64,000 nucleotides of DNA from Oculina patagonica (taxonomy: Eukaryota). The DNA lies in assembly GCF_052425735.1 (NCBI RefSeq), contig NC_135759.1, forward strand, positions 36,890,001 to 36,954,000, read 5' to 3'. Every line of letters begins with the position of its first letter. Position 1 is the stretch's first letter. The position numbers were made by a program, and so were the translations under genes. This document shows positions 62,538-64,000 of this stretch, in pieces. The notes under the pieces were generated by a model that was not told where the DNA came from, ran no database searches, and was given only the letters and a program-made list of their open reading frames with translations.

Positions 62538-64000
62538 CATAACCAGACGAGCAACAAAATTTTTGCCGAAGCTCGTCTAGACGGGTAACTCGTCTCTAGT
62601 ATAAAAACGGCCAATGAATTGATAATCTCTCATGATGATATTAACAAATTGTATAAGTTTTTTTTATGAGTCGTGAATTTCCCATCTGTAGACAGTGACT
62701 GCCTCATTCACATATGCACAGCATTAATTTGAGCACTGAGAACACAAGACTTATACTGATCTATACCAAATATCTTTATTCAGCATCAAGATTCTGGAAG
62801 AGCTGAGCTGTGTAGCCCAAACATAGCAGTAAACAGCACTGAACTTTCAAAGCAAGTAGTTTCAACTGTCCAGGGAACTGCAGAAGGTTCGTCTGAAATA
62901 TCAGGTATGGTTTCATTATTGCCCAATTCCCTATGAGACTCACCTGCCAGAAATCATAGTAGTTGTATTCAGCGTTGCCAAGTTTGGGACTTGATTTGCT
63001 TTACTCAACTGTGACTCCCTGCAAGCATGTCTCACTGAGGGAATTGCGCATTGAAGAATGTATACTAACTTCTTTCTCTTAACCAATACACCCTAAGCTG
63101 AGCTTGGTTTTAACAGCAATGATTCTATATGTTTTGCTTTTAAATGTGCTGGGGTGTGCATGCTTACCTTACCTTTATCTTGCCTAGTTTGATCAATCCA
63201 TTTTGGGTCATGTGGTGTGAGGAAAAAAGTGTGGGCTTTTCCTTGTCGTTCACCAGATCAAAATGAGTACTGACGTGGGGAAAAGGCCATACAGGAACTA
63301 AAACTTTTACTCTGTCCAAGAACAAATGTGATTGTCTTTTGCCTTATAAAAGACATCATAATCAGTGTTCCAATCTCAAGTGGCTTCATACTCACTGCAA
63401 ACTTTTGGACGTTTCATAGAGACTAATTTTTATTTCCTGATCCATAAGCTGTAACACTTGTTGTTGTTTTGTTTTGAAGATCACAGTGTGCCTTGTCAAC
63501 AGTCACCATTACCTATCACAGCATCCTCACCTGTTGCAGCCTTAGTGCCAACAACAATTGAAAGTACACCAATACAACAACTGCAGGAACAAACTCTACT
63601 ATCAGAAACAGCACCTACATCTAATAGTGAGGAGGCGCCTGATGTTAATGATTTCACTTCCATTGATAACCAAGTCATGAGCTATGGTAGTGGAGAAGAC
63701 AGAAGTACCAACTACTCCTTCACAGTAAGTCAAGATGAAAGTTACCATGTCCTGACTGATGAAGACTCATGTGATGCAAGCTACTTGCAAGGTGTGAGTG
63801 ATTCTGCAGACGCGTTTAACCAACAGTATCGAGAGAAAAGAGATGTAGAAGAGTCCTCCGTAGTGGCAGATTCATTTTCTCCAGAGGCTTTCTTTTCATC
63901 AATTCCACAGTTCAAAAAACTTTGGAAGAGACCAGCAACAATACTACCCAAGCTGAGTACTACAGATTCTTACAGTTATCGCAGATATGAGCATTCGGAT
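61519..64000 (+). CDS. Unknown S/T/acidic low-complexity protein, 5' part (truncated by window edge)
   Basis: Exons 61519-61585, 61822-61913, 62784-62904, 63480->64000; GT-AG, phases 1/0/1 consistent, open frame to the end: MDESEDSIDSFVTQEPFFSATKGELPSTHF...DHSVPCQQSPLP...FFSSIPQFKKLWKRP... Confidence 0.75.
62326..62612. mobile_element. Palindromic MITE (PIF/Harbinger-like)
   Basis: gaccgtttttata...gagacgagttacccgtctagacgagcttcggcaaaaattttgttgctcgtc mirrored at the right end, ending tataaaaacggcc; arms >100 bp. Confidence 0.85.

Overview
Eukaryotic, AT-rich, intron-containing DNA. It is most likely from a scleractinian coral, inferred from a USOMP5-like gene and the repeat types. Genes reconstructed by hand with GT-AG, phase-consistent exons: (1) a 6-exon calmodulin-like gene (+, 3480-8306) that keeps only EF-hand 1; (2,3) two tandem SERINC paralogues on the - strand, one with 5 exons (564 aa) and one intronless (698 aa), both with long non-canonical C-tails ending in a shared 4-heptad coiled coil; (4) a 7-exon secreted PAN + USOMP5-like gene (-); (5) a small membrane-protein locus at 30.6-31.7 kb, possibly two overlapping ORFs, partly in corrupted sequence; (6) a single-coding-exon 1380-aa acidic tandem-repeat protein ending in a paralemmin-type CKCCSLM lipidation motif (-); (7) a PRRT1-like CD225/dispanin gene (-), head-to-head with (8) a type I membrane protein with two ependymin/LolA-like domains (+); (9) the 5' part of an unknown S/T-rich gene running off the right edge. 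Introns and intergenic DNA contain many non-autonomous DNA transposons (a 1.8-kb TTAA fold-back element and MITEs with TA, 5-, 6-, 8- and 9-bp TSDs), tRNA-derived SINEs and LINE 3' ends. There is one N gap and several G/C-homopolymer-corrupted patches. All family assignments come from motif recognition, not database searches.
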